Part shown: one piece after another, positions 1 to 11,500 of the stretch
How positions within the stretch are numbered: the first letter of the stretch is position 1
Layout of the letters: every line of letters begins with the position of its first letter
Assembly (NCBI RefSeq): GCF_009834535.1
Contig: NC_045732.1
Coordinates: 20,956,001-21,020,000 of the forward strand
Length of the DNA: 64,000 nt
Source of the DNA: Camelus ferus
Lineage: Eukaryota
Reading direction: 5' to 3'
Made by a program: the position numbers and the translations under genes
Notes under the pieces: model-generated
What the model saw: the letters and a program-made list of their open reading frames with translations, nothing else
Told to the model about the DNA's origin: nothing
Database searches by the model: none

Positions 1-415
1 ACTGGTTTAGAGGTGGCTGTGTAGCCCAATTTGGGTGATTGAGAAATAAAAGGAATTCCACCGAGAGCCACTGAGAAAGAGATTTCCTCTGCCTAGAGTG
101 AGGCAAGTGAGAAGAAGGCCATCTGTGTTGCTGCTTCTCCCTCCTTCCTGCTTGGGATGCTGCTGTGTAAGAATAGGCTGCCTGGAGCTGTGGCAGCCAT
201 CTTATGAGCAGGAGGGAAATGCTCTTGGAGATCTTGGGGATAGCAGAGCAGACCAACGGAAAGAGTTTAGGTGACTGAGCACCCCAATGAGCCACTCACC
301 AACCCTGGAATGACCTAAGGCCCAGACTTCTCACCGTGTGAAATTAATAACCCCCCTGTTATTTCAGCTAATTTTAGCTTTATTTGGAGCTGAAAACATC
401 TTAACTACCCTAACT
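1..415 (+). mobile_element. MaLR (MLT1-type) LTR remnant, truncated by the window edge
   Basis: Characteristic cctggagctgtggcagccatctt, cccagacttct and terminal agctgaaaacatcttaact motifs. Confidence 0.6.
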
Positions 416-1084
416 GCAAATATGTTGGCTCAGGACAGAAAAGATAAAAACGATGTGTATGTTTTTCCCTCTTTATTTTGGGGCGAGCTCTTTTGTTGAG
501 GATTATAAGTGGTCTGGCCGTGTGACAGCTTTATTCTATTAATGAACAGGCAGGTGTTGTCTGCAAACCACTTCCTTTAGTAGAATATGCAAAACCAAGG
601 ACAAGTCACTGGTCAGGACAGACCACTACATTACACCTGGGATTATATTACATGACTTTATTCTAAGCACCTGGTGACTAAATAATTACTCAATATGACT
701 CATCTTATTGGGGCAAAGCAACTGTAACAAAAGGTTAACACTCTGCAGAGACACAGCACAAGAAAAGTATCCGTGGCGCTCTGAGGCCAAGGAGGAGCCA
801 ATCAGCACCCAGCGCCAGAGTGCGGCACCTTGCCGGCGGGCTCAATAGGGCTCAGGGAGGGCCGAGGTCCCTGCTGCTAGGCAGCTTCTCCAGAGCCTGC
901 TCGCTGGCCTGACCCTCTCAGGGGCCTTCCCTTCTAGAGAACCTTACTTTCCTAAAAGATTCCCCTTCAGACCCCACCCCAGGACTCGCCTCTACCAACT
1001 CCACATTGTGTGAAATTGAGAGTCCCAATGACACACATGGATTGATGCCAGAAGCCATCATCCAACATCCCCCAATTAATCTTT

Positions 1085-1430
1085 AAAATCGCCTTTTTTC
1101 TGATTACAAAAGTAATACAGGCACAATGTATAATTTTTAAAAGCCATAAAATTGTAACAGCAAAACAAAGTCTACTATAATCTTACCAGACCGAGACTAA
1201 CACTGTTAGTATTTTGGTCTATTTCCCTTCAGGCTTTTTTCTATAAATAGATAGCCTAGTTCACATTATCTGTAGGATTGCATTCTGCTGATCTTCCTTA
1301 ACATTGTACGCGGTGACTCTCAAAATCCTTCATAAATATGTTGATTGTTGCAGAATCTTCTATTGCATTGCAATTCATGATTCAGTGAATCCCCTTTCTC
1401 TGGGCAATTAGTTTCCAAATCATTCCCCCA
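1085..1430 (-). mobile_element. Ancient L1 (L1ME-like) 3' fragment
   Basis: ttttctgattacaaaagtaatac...cactgttagtattttgg resembles the reverse strand of the L1ME 3' UTR. Confidence 0.55.
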
Positions 1431-1869
1431 CCCTCCGATTTTTTTTTTCTTACTAAGGAAAGTTCTGCACAAATATCCTTGCATACACTCTACAGACGAT
1501 GAGTTTAGCAGGTTCTCCATGCGGCTCCCCAAAAGGGCCCTGGAGAAAGGGAATAAGGGACAGGACAGGGAGGTCTGCTGGCGGCGAGGTAGGGGTGAGG
1601 GGTGTGGAGGACCGGAGGAGCACACGGCCCCCAGGGGAGAGGAGCGAGGACACACAATTGAGAGACGCTGAGCAGGCAGCTGGGAGGAGGTGAAGGACAG
1701 GGCCAGTAAAGGTTCCAGTAAACGAGCCAGCACCGGGGGCCTTGGCTGGGCGCTGCCGGGGCTGAGAGGGACCACTTCGATCAAGGTTCCCACCTGGAAA
1801 CTGAAGCAAGCTCTGAAGGCAAAACCCAAGCAGGCTGAAGCAATTAGAGAACAATTAATGGCCAGCTGA

Positions 1870-2066
1870 CTCTGGTTCTCCACCTTGGCTGCAGAGGCGA
1901 GCCATCTGGGTGATTGAAAAACAAAAGGCTCCTGCCAGCCTGGCTCCCCTCCCGGGGCTGACAGAATGGGTCTGGGGCACAGTCCAGGCACAGGTAGGTT
2001 CTCCGTCTCCCCAGGTTTATTAGGATGTTATTAGCAGCCATGTAGGGAAGCACTGCTCCAGCAGAG
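1870..2066. mobile_element. MER5-like hAT-Charlie MITE
   Basis: ggttctccaccttggctgca...tggtctgggg...ctccccagg...agcagcca...cactg layout. Confidence 0.55.
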
Positions 2067-2719
2067 GCTGGGGGCTGCGGAGAGGCAGGGACAAGTCAGG
2101 ACCCGACCACGTGGAGAAGGGGGTGCGGGGCGAGGGCCGCCGGTGAGCAGGGCCTTCCAGGGCCTGTGGGAGGCGCCGGGAGCAAGGCTCCTCACACAGG
2201 GGTCCTCTGCTGACCTGCTGGGTGGGCAACAGAAGTGATCAAAGTGGCAACCAGAGGTTTGGGTGACCACTGGTGACAAGTCAGAAACATGGCAGCTGGA
2301 GTGAGAAGGAGGTCCTCAAGGGGCCCTAGCCTGCAGGGAGGGGCGGGAGAGGGGAGCAGATGGGATGGCCTCAGAGTGTCTCCTAGTGTGCAGGGACAGA
2401 CGAGGCCATACCCAGGAAACTTCTGCGGGACTCCATCTGTGCTCCCCCACCCCCTGTCCTGGGCCTACTGAAATAATGAAGTCTCCAGGCGGGTCGAGGG
2501 GTTGACAACGTGTGAGATCACAGTCTGTCCTAAGTCACACTGTCAAAACAACTTGGAGGCATGGTATCTGTCTCCCGCACCAAGGCTGTGAGCCCGGGAG
2601 GGTGGGGCCCCACCTCCCTGCTCTCAAAGTCCAGTGCCTTCCTGGGGAAAATGTGCTTAATGTTCTGTGAACAAAGGGACAAATGAACCAGCCAACGAAT
2701 GAACTGACTATCTCAAGGA

Positions 2720-3020
2720 AGAACTCCGATCGCAGAGGTGTTGCTTACAGAGGTGGCCGCTAGCGGGCGGCAGCTGCGGGGCGGAAGGCCGCCTTCTGTT
2801 GGGCCCATTTCGTTTTCCTGGCTGAGGTCTGCACTTAAAAAAGCCGCGCAAGTTGAAGTCTGGCTACACTCAGCCAGCATCTCCGTGACAGATGGCCCAG
2901 GAGACACCTTGTCTCTGTCACTCAAGAGTAAAGGGAGGGCCAGAGTCCTGCAGGGGAGCTGCGCTCTTAAACTCATCATGGGGATTCAACGACGTCGAAC
3001 TTTCTACAGTGGGAGCTCGT
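2720..3020. promoter_or_regulatory. Small CpG-enriched segment, candidate internal promoter or enhancer
   Basis: About 17 CpG in about 300 bp by hand count, against a CpG-depleted background. Confidence 0.4.
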
Positions 3021-4089
3021 AAAAGAACTTTTGGGAAATGACAAAGCCCAACTGCCAGAAAGAAGACACACTGAGGATGAGGTCACTGGCCGAAAACAGA
3101 ACCTCAAATCTTGAACTTCACCACACTTCTGCTTTCTGACAGTGCAGGGGGAAACTCTTCAGTACTGTAATGTACATTCTCAGGGACACAGAGCAGTGCT
3201 CTCATGACTGTGGCCGTGGTAGCTGAGATGAAGGCAGAATTTCCATGACTAACCCATTGTGGTGTGAAGAAAATGTCCCAATTTTCATGGTGGTTTTGAA
3301 ATGAATCAGGCTGAAACTTGATATAAGCTTTCTCAGCCTGGCTGGGAATTTTTCCTCTTAATAAAAAATGATTCTAATGCCAATCCAAAACTCTTGAACT
3401 GGCAAATGTTGGGTATTTTTTAAAAGTTAGTTTCCTAAGGATGAGAGGCCCTTGGCTTTCTTGATACTTGGAAGACTAACCCTTCACAGACATATGGGGA
3501 TAATTCGTGTTGGACGCAGAGTCGGCCTGGAAAGGCCTTTGACTCTTCATGGCACACAGAGGTGCCCATTTTCCATGAGTTTCAGTCACACCCTATTTAG
3601 TTCAATTACAAAATGTGGGCTTCTTTTCCATGGATGGGAAGGATGGTACCAGTGACCACAGGTGACCTAAAACACATCGACTGAAAACACAGAGGAGAGA
3701 GTCCAAAGTCTCAGATGGGCCAGCTGTCACCAAAGGAACAGTTTGTGAGCTCCTCAAAGGCTCTGTTTACGGTAGCTTGCTGCTTGGGCTGGAGAATGAG
3801 CTCAGGAGAGGAAGTTTCCTACATTTGAAGCCTGGCATCGTCACTCCCTCCCAGTATCTCTGTAAGCTAGCCCATCTCCTCCAAGTCCCTGTCAAGGATC
3901 ATTAAGGCTGCTGGAACTTTTTGCCTGGAACTGCTGTAATGGATTTCTCACTCCGAGTCATGTACCACTCCACAGGCTGCCACCAGAGCACCTCTGTCCC
4001 TCGAGTGACTGCCTCTCCTCCCCTCCCCTCCCCCTTCCCTCCCTTCCCCTGGGGCCATCAAGGCTTGGCTTGGCAACTAAGACCTCTGC

Positions 4090-4305
4090 TAAGAATCCAG
4101 ACTGTACCCTAAAGCTGACTTGGCTGCTCCCTAGGTGCTCATCACTCCAATCTCAGCATTTAGCACCCTGAACTAACAGCTTTGCTGACCTGTCTCCTCT
4201 ACTAGCCAGGGAGGAAGCCGTGGCTTTTATCTCTGATTTTCCCAGGCCTAGCATCATTCTTGGCTTGCGGTGAGTGTTCAATAAATGATTATTAAATAAA
4301 TGAAC
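4090..4305 (+). mobile_element. L2 3' end
   Basis: cccaggcctagca...tggc...gtgttcaataaatgattattaaataaatgaa tail. Confidence 0.6.
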
Positions 4306-4507
4306 AACCAACCTTTTGGGGCTTCAGTTTTCCCACTGGAAAACAAAGGAGAGAATTACCTGAGCTGTGCAGGGTTATTCTTTTGTAAATGAGAGGTTAT
4401 ATGAAAATCCTTTCAAATCACACAGGTAGAATTTTGTTTTTCTACACCACTGACAGAGTTGTGGGATTTGGGAGCAGAGATCTAAGAGCAAGGCTGAATC
4501 TTTAAAT

Positions 4508-4548
4508 ACAAAAAAAAAAAAAAAAAACAAAAACAAAAAACAAAAACC
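4508..4548 (+). repeat. Poly(A)/(CAAAA)n low-complexity tract
   Basis: Seen directly. Confidence 0.9.
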
Positions 4549-5268
4549 AGCACAAAACCATGAACAATGTTTTTGTCTTTTTAGGATTTAAGATGAGAAA
4601 ACCCTAAACCCCGAGGGCTGCAGGTACCTTCTCCACAATGAAGAAGCATCTCAAGGGAATCTGGGCAGAAGTAAATCTTGCCCTGCTTGTCAACTATTTG
4701 CCTAGTGTGGGAAATCTGTGCAGACTACAAAGACGGGCCCATTAGTAGGGGTCAATGAACACCTGTGTTAGCTGAGTCACCAACTGAAAAATTCTCATTT
4801 GAGCAATGATTCAATTCTGCGCGAAATGAAGCCCTCCAGAATGTGTCAGGATAGAGCAGATCTGCTACTGTGTTTTCATTTATAAACCAGGTGTGAAGTT
4901 TTCAAGACACAAGGTGCTGAGAGTAAACAGGTCTGAGCTACCGTTCAGCTACCCTGCTCCTCCACACTTCACACGTGCATGCTCGTTTAGCACTCATGAA
5001 ACCCCATGCCCTGCAGGCTACTCTATTCCGTAAAGGGAGAGGTGGGGGTCAGATATTAGACAGCTTGATCAAGGGCACAACCAGAAAGTGGCAGGGCCTG
5101 CATTCAGATTCATGCTTGTGGAATTCTGTCCACTGCAGAGCACTGGGCAGACAGCAGGAGACCTTCACCTTACTTCTCATCCAACCGAAAGTGAATTCTG
5201 AGAATTGTTTCTACATCAAGAACCAGAAAAGATGCCAGGAAATGAAGTTTTCATGTGTGTGAAGAAAC

Positions 5269-5304
5269 CAATCTATCCTCTGATAACAATCTATCCTCTG
5301 ATAA
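5269..5304 (+). repeat. Perfect 18-bp tandem duplication (caatctatcctctgataa x2)
   Basis: Copies at 5269-5286 and 5287-5304. Confidence 0.95.
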
Positions 5305-5565
5305 ACTGTATTTTTAAAAGGACTGAAAAGGGGGCCGGGTTTTTTAAAGAGCTCTTTGGCAAGAAGCGTAAGTTGTTAAGCCAGTTCAGGGACAATGTTG
5401 GGCTATTCAGTACAAACTAACTTTTACATGGAAACTTGTAGCTCAAGAATAAGAGATGGAGATATAGAGTTTATTTACTCATTTACTTAATCAAACATTA
5501 TTAAGTATCTACTGTGTGCCAAGCATAGTGAAACTTTTGCAAGTAAAAGGACAGCCACTCTGTAT

Positions 5566-5730
5566 CAGTGCTATCCATTAAGACTAACTGTGATGATGGA
5601 AACCAGCTATATCTGTATCATCCAGTATGGTACCACTAGCCCCATGTGGCAACTGAGTACATGGAATATGGCTAAGTGCAATTATTTAAATTAAATTAAA
5701 ATAGCCACATGGGACTAGTGGCAGTGAAGA
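5566..5730. mobile_element. MER3/MER33-like hAT MITE flanked by minus-strand L2 fragments
   Basis: cagtgctatcca...ccactagccccatgtggcaactgag...aaatagccacatgggactagtggc internal palindrome. Confidence 0.7.
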
Positions 5731-5774
5731 TCTCTAACGTGATCCTACATCACGCGATTTCTTCTCATATATGT

Positions 5775-6010
5775 TCAGTTCATTCATTCAGTACATATTT
5801 CCTAAGTGAGCAGTGTGAGCCAGGCTCTGGGCTAGGTACAGGGGAGGGGTGCGGGGGTGAACAAAACAGCCACGGTCCCTGCCCCACAGAGCTCAGAGCC
5901 CCCTGAGAAAGAATTTTACAGACACAATTACAAATTCTGCTAGCCATTACGAGAGAAAGGTAAAAGAGGAAATTAGCAGCGATAGCATGGTGACCTAATT
6001 TAGATCAGCA
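5775..6010 (-). mobile_element. L2 3' fragment
   Basis: ttcattcattcagtacatatt...gagcagtgtgagccaggctctgggctagg...gtgaacaaaacag. Confidence 0.65.
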
Positions 6011-6996
6011 GAAGGGTTCGGGGAGGGGATGGGGCACGTCTAACAGAAGTCTAGCCCTAAGAAGAGCTTCACGTGCATCCGTAACAAGCAATGATAAGTG
6101 AGGGAAAGTAACGTTTCACTTCTGCATTGCTTTAAAAATTGCTCACTGCCGGCCCAAATTTGCTGTGCAAAATGATGTAGTAAATAATGTATGTACGGGA
6201 ACTCTTAGTTATGCTGTTATTCACAGGGATGTTAATTGCCACAACCTTTTCGTAGTGCTGTTTGACAACACCTATCACGAAGTATAAATATTCACTTTCA
6301 GGTACTCCACTTCCAGAAATTAATCCATAGAAATGTTTGTGTAAGTGTAGAGTGACATTTGTGAGGCCAGTGGTGTTCAGACTGTTTACCAGTGTACCTC
6401 CCAAAATAATTTTCAAAGCCTATGTACCCCCCTCACACATCTTAAGTGGATGTCTAAAATTTTACACAAGTTTTAGTCACAAAGGATATAATTTCTGCTA
6501 AATTCTAAATGTTGCTATTTTAAAATAGAACTATTGCTCTCTTACATATATTCCATATAAATCTGAATACCACAGCAGTTTAACAACTGCCATCATCCAT
6601 TTTTAAAAAATCATGAACAAGCTTTTCTTCAACAGTTGGAAATTCTGCACCATTCCTTCCCCTCTTAGAATTCCTATCTCCATCCTACTTCCACTGCTGA
6701 ATTTACTCTAATGTAATAAATTTTATGCTTTTGTTAATTTTGTCCTCTGTTAATTATTTTTCATCTTTCTCTGCTATAAGAACATGTATATAAATTGGAA
6801 ATGATAATTTTTTTATTTCCTGAAAAAATGGCTAAGTGTAAAAATTACTTTTTTTCTGGACTAAATTATCATTACAACTATTATTACTCTGCAGATGATC
6901 AAAACATGTATACATGCACTACACATTTTGATAAATAATTTAATAGCATAAAAAAGTAGGATTTCATTGGGCTTTTCCCCCAATCACTTCATGTAC

Positions 6997-7038
6997 GTGT
7001 GTGTGTGTGTGTATACATATATATATATATATATATAT
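6997..7038. repeat. Compound (GT)n(AT)n microsatellite
   Basis: Seen directly. Confidence 0.95.
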
Positions 7039-7142
7039 GACTATTATCACCAGAATGACATGGTTTGGGATTAATTCTATTTCTGTTTTTCATTTTATAG
7101 ATGTAGGTGCCAAGAAACTTTGTTAACATAAAAATAAGTAGA

Positions 7143-7269
7143 AGGAGGGGGAAGGCTATAGCTCAAGTGGTAGAGCACATGCTTAGCAAGCAGGAGGTCC
7201 TGGGTTCAATCCCCAGCACCTCCCCTAAAAATAAACAAACAAAACAAACCTAATTACTCTCCCTCAAAG
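7143..7269 (+). mobile_element. tRNA-Ala-derived SINE of camelid type with 11-bp TSD
   Basis: A box tagctcaagtgg, B box ggttcaatcc, tail aaaaataaac...aaacctaattactctcc. TSD aaataagtaga at 7132-7142 and 7270-7280. Confidence 0.9.
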
Positions 7270-8439
7270 AAATAAGTAGATGAGAATGGAAAGAATTTTG
7301 TTACCACAATGTCACTCAATTCTTTGAACTCCTTCTGAGTTATACATCCAAAGTCAGACAGTGGGCTAGCATCACCAAGAACTATTTTTAACAATCTGTC
7401 AATAAACAGCTCAGTGGGTACCTCCTTCAAAATTTTGTTGGAAGCAAAGAATTAGAAACCAACCGACTTGTAAATGGATTTTTTGGTCCAGTCAATATTG
7501 TCTTTCAATTTCTCAAGTCTAACACCAATCTCAGAATTGTTTCTGAGTTTGCACCAGGGGTTTTTATACCCCTGGAGGGGGCAAGAGATCGGTGTGCCAT
7601 TTGAGGTGGTAGAGAGTGGATGGGAAAGTGGAGTTAGAAAGGAAAAGCAGCATGACACCAGGGCTCTCAGGAGATGAGTTTGAAGAAAGAGCGCATAAGA
7701 AGATGAGGCACTATTCATGGCCAGGTAAGTCTCTGTGGTCCCCAAGGTATAGGTGATCCTATTTGCAGATCACTGTCCAAGGGTGATCTTTGTAGTTTTG
7801 CTCCTAGTGAACTGATTACGGTAGAATCATACAATGGAATATTATGTAGTCTTTAAAAGTATAAGGTTGATGGATGTGACTTATGTGGAAAGATATGTGA
7901 CATACATGATTTAGTACAAAAACAGAATTGTGGACTTGAATTGTATTATAACATGATCATATTTTTAAAACATCCATTCATCCATCCATCTAATCACAGA
8001 AAGACTTCTAAAAGTGTGTACAACAAATTAACAGCGATTATCTCAGGGAGACTCTGAGATACCAGGGGACTTTCACTTTCTAACTTCTCGTGTTCTTTCG
8101 TTTTTTTTTAAAGTGAGCACCTTTTCCCTTTGTAACTGGGGGTGGCGGTGGGTGGAGAGAAGCTCTCTAAAATAAAAAGACAACTGAGTAAATCACATAT
8201 GAAACAATTTCCAATGCTGCAATCAAAATCTCAGTCAGCTGACTGATGTTATGTGTTCAAGAACTTTCCTAATTTTCAATAACAGTAGTCATGATAAGAA
8301 TGTAGGTTGATATCTAGTTCTCTCTATCTGAACTGCACTTATACCAACTACCATTCAGAAAGTGCCTGTTTTCTGTCAGCCACACCACACCACGATGTCT
8401 AAATTTTACAACCCTCTGAGGCCAGTGGGCATTACTAAC

Positions 8440-8560
8440 TAACCCTGTCACATAGAAAAGGAAAATGGAGCTCAGAGTCACTCAACCTGGACTGCAGAGC
8501 TAGGAATTCAAATCCAAGTGCACCTATCAAAACCCCACGGTTTATCTAACACATCACCAC
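8440..8560 (-). mobile_element. MIR fragment
   Basis: agaaaaggaaaatggagctcagag...agctaggaattcaaatccaag. Confidence 0.55.
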
Positions 8561-11500
8561 TTCCCTGGCTGACCCTATGGGACTATCTTGCCCCTCTCTA
8601 AGGGTTTGCTCTAGGAACTCAAAGTTATTTTGGACTGCAAACATCCTAGCCTTTTACATTTTTTTGTAAGAATCTGGGCCAGAAAAATCATAATAAGTAT
8701 TCTTTAAAGGTGAATGAATAATTTTTTAAACCTTATAAAAAAGTTCTGCCAAAACTGTGACTGATACCTATAATTATTAATTACTTTAATTTCCATATGG
8801 CCAGCCAATCTCTTAAAAGCAAAAATCTTTAGGCCAAAGATAACCCTACATTAGACCTTAGAAAGGACCAAATTATCAATTCTAGGTTAAAGGAACTAAC
8901 AGAACTAAGGGAACTGAGGTGAAGAGACAAATGGAAGGATAAGCTGTTTCATCCTACAGAGGGTTCAGAGGTTACCAAAAGAACAGTTTTCTCCACGTGC
9001 AGAAGACTCAGCTAAAAGAAGTAGAGTCAGAAAAATAAGACAGCAGGGCTGAACTCGGCCCCTTCGATCATTTCTTCCAAGCCCCTGGTTTAAGGATTAA
9101 AAAACCAAGATCCAAAGAGGTGTGACACCCTGCCGATGGCCACTTCAGCGGGATGTGCAACAGGCAGGCAGAGGCCACGTGTCCTTTTAGGAAGCAAGAT
9201 GAACGGAACACTTCATCTTTTTCAACCGCACTCTACTTAGAGACAAGAGGAGTGGTCAAAGAGGATAGAAAATGTTACTGTGAGTGTGAAACAGTAATAT
9301 CCCAATGTCCAGAATTGCATGGACACTGAAATGATGCTGAGGACAAAACTCGAGGAGGAAATTCCTCCTGGCTGAAGCACAGCGCTCTTTCTCCCGCACT
9401 GGGAGAGCCAGGGGCCCCTAGCCTTGGGGGTAGGCATAGGACAGACGGTTGTTTTCCGGAGTCACCCCAAGAAGTGATACACACCCATGACAAAATGACC
9501 TCCAGTGCAAATAGTGCCAAGAAAAAGGTCAACATTGCGAGTCTCCCAGTAAGCCCAATGTGTTCAATTTTTAAATTGGAGGTTCTATCCTTTCTTCCAG
9601 GCGATGGCATTTGTTTTTTAAAATGGGCTTCATTGGTAAAATAAAAATGAGCAGTCCCACAAATCAAAAGCCTTTTGTGGGGGGGATTCAGGGTAAATGA
9701 GCCTGAGAAATTCCAAAGACGATGAACCACCTCCGGGGAAATGACTTGGGCCTGGGGAGGTGATGGGGGCGCCAGTATATGTTGACCCATCAGGAAGCTG
9801 AACAAAGAGCTTTTTTTGGTTTGAAATCAGGGTTCCCTATTAACTGACACCTCATCCTTAGCTTCTCACCACCAGATCCAATTCCCTTCTCCTGGGCCTC
9901 CCAAACTCACTGCGCAAGCGTTCATCACTTTTCTCATGTTATGAACCAAAGGTAGCGGGAGGCAGAGGGCGCCGAGGTCCCCAGACCAAGCCTCAGCAAG
10001 AGCTCATGGCTAGAAGTTTGATAACTCAACTTCCCTTGTTAATCAAGTGTAGTTTGTCTACACTGCTTTTTGCATGACAAAGGGTTACTGGAGCGTTTTC
10101 CAGCAGGTCCTGTCTCCCTGTGGATATTTACAAGTCAAACGGAAGCCATAGCTGGGCTCTGCCAATCCGTGAATCCACAGCCAGTGGGCGGAGGAGGGCA
10201 TCGCAGGCCAAGTAGATGCCATATGCAATCTGAGAGTGGACTGTCACTTGTTCCTTTCTGGCTGCCACATTCATTTGCAGCTCAGAGGCCTCTGTGGGGC
10301 ACACTGCAGATGTAACAAAGGTTACTGTATACGTCTCTTTGCTGTGGAAAGACTATTTGGAACCCACTGGGCATCCCTCTGCATTTGTATTCTCAAAGCT
10401 GAATCTGGTCTCAGTGTGGAGCAAAGGCACATGCATTTGAGACACTGGGCTGAATGATGAATGCCAGGGCCCTAAGAGGCAGGTGACCAAAATACCAGGG
10501 GGGGACACATTGCCTCTGCACACAGTTAAGCTTCTGGGGCTGGCCATCAGTCCACACAGCTAGCGGGCACTGTGACTTGCTCCAAGCCAAGAGCCATCTG
10601 AACGGATGCTTGCTGCCCACCCAAGTGACCCCTCACGTATCTCAGCGCTCACTTTTCCTCAGGATAGGCTGGTGGCCGCAGATGGCCTTGGCAGGATGGC
10701 ACCGTTCGCTTGCTGTGCTTTAGAATAATTCACATCACCAAATACATCACTCCCAGGAGGTTATGCAACATTCATCATCGTCGTCCCACTTTGATTTGTT
10801 TAACCTCCACCTGTGTTTCGATAGTATTCATGAGACTTTTCCCACTGGCGCTTTGGATGTGGATTGCTTTTGTGCTTATTGGATGTGATGGGTAAAAGTA
10901 GTTTGTGGAACCCATAAAACTAAGCTCAAATCCAACCAGTGTGACAGGTTGCCAAAGGCCAGGACTGCCCTGTGGGGGGCAAGCAGGCAGAGGTGAGCAC
11001 CTCAGTTTTGGTTTAAACCAACGTTTCCAACGGTGAAGATCTGTCAGCAGACACCTTCCACTGGCACCTGGGATCAGAGTCTTGGAAGTGCTGAGAAGGA
11101 CCATCAGCCCGTCTCCTCTAGGACTGTGAGGTGATTTTGAAACCAGTGCTGGTTGCCAGCTTGACCTCGTTTACTCAGCACAAACCTAGGCTGTGAGCCC
11201 TAAGAGTCTTAGGTGAGTGGTCGGGAACCAGGGGAAAGGGCACTGGAGGGGGAGGCTCAGGCATAGAACCTCTTCTGAGCCAAGGCCAAGTCCAGAGGTG
11301 CAGGGAAGAAACCAAAACTGGTCAGAGGGACTAACCCGGTTCAAGACCTGCCAGTTAGAAGCTCAACCTGTTTCATTTCCCTGGTGTGAAGTTTTTGACC
11401 ATCAGCACAATCTCTTTTGCTTTTTGCCCTCACACTTGAGAAATGCATATTCCTTCTCAAATCATCCTGATATAAATTGAAGTTTGATCATGGCCGGTGT

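Larger units (their letters stand above)
6368..7775. mobile_element. hAT-Charlie-like DNA transposon remnant
   Basis: Begins cagtggtgttcaga and ends tttgcagatcactg (degenerate Charlie-type TIRs). AT-rich interior. No TSD visible. Confidence 0.45.
6170..8175 (+). mobile_element. L1ME-like fragment split by a DNA transposon (pieces about 6170-6367 and 7800-8175)
   Basis: ccacttccagaaattaatcc on the left; catacaatggaatattat...gtgtgtacaacaaattaacagcgattatctc on the right. Confidence 0.55.

Noticed and set aside
1241-1250. Second exact MEF2 site CTATAAATAG
   Set aside because: Lies inside an AT-rich L1 remnant with no supporting motifs.
1320-1991. 223-aa minus-strand ORF, longest in the track
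   Set aside because: Spans GC-rich unique DNA plus L1 and MER5 remnants. No recognisable domain and low-complexity composition.
7147-7223. tRNA-Ala(AGC) gene
   Set aside because: The tRNA-like head continues into a SINE tail, is bounded by an 11-bp TSD, has stem mismatches and has no T-run terminator. It is a SINE.
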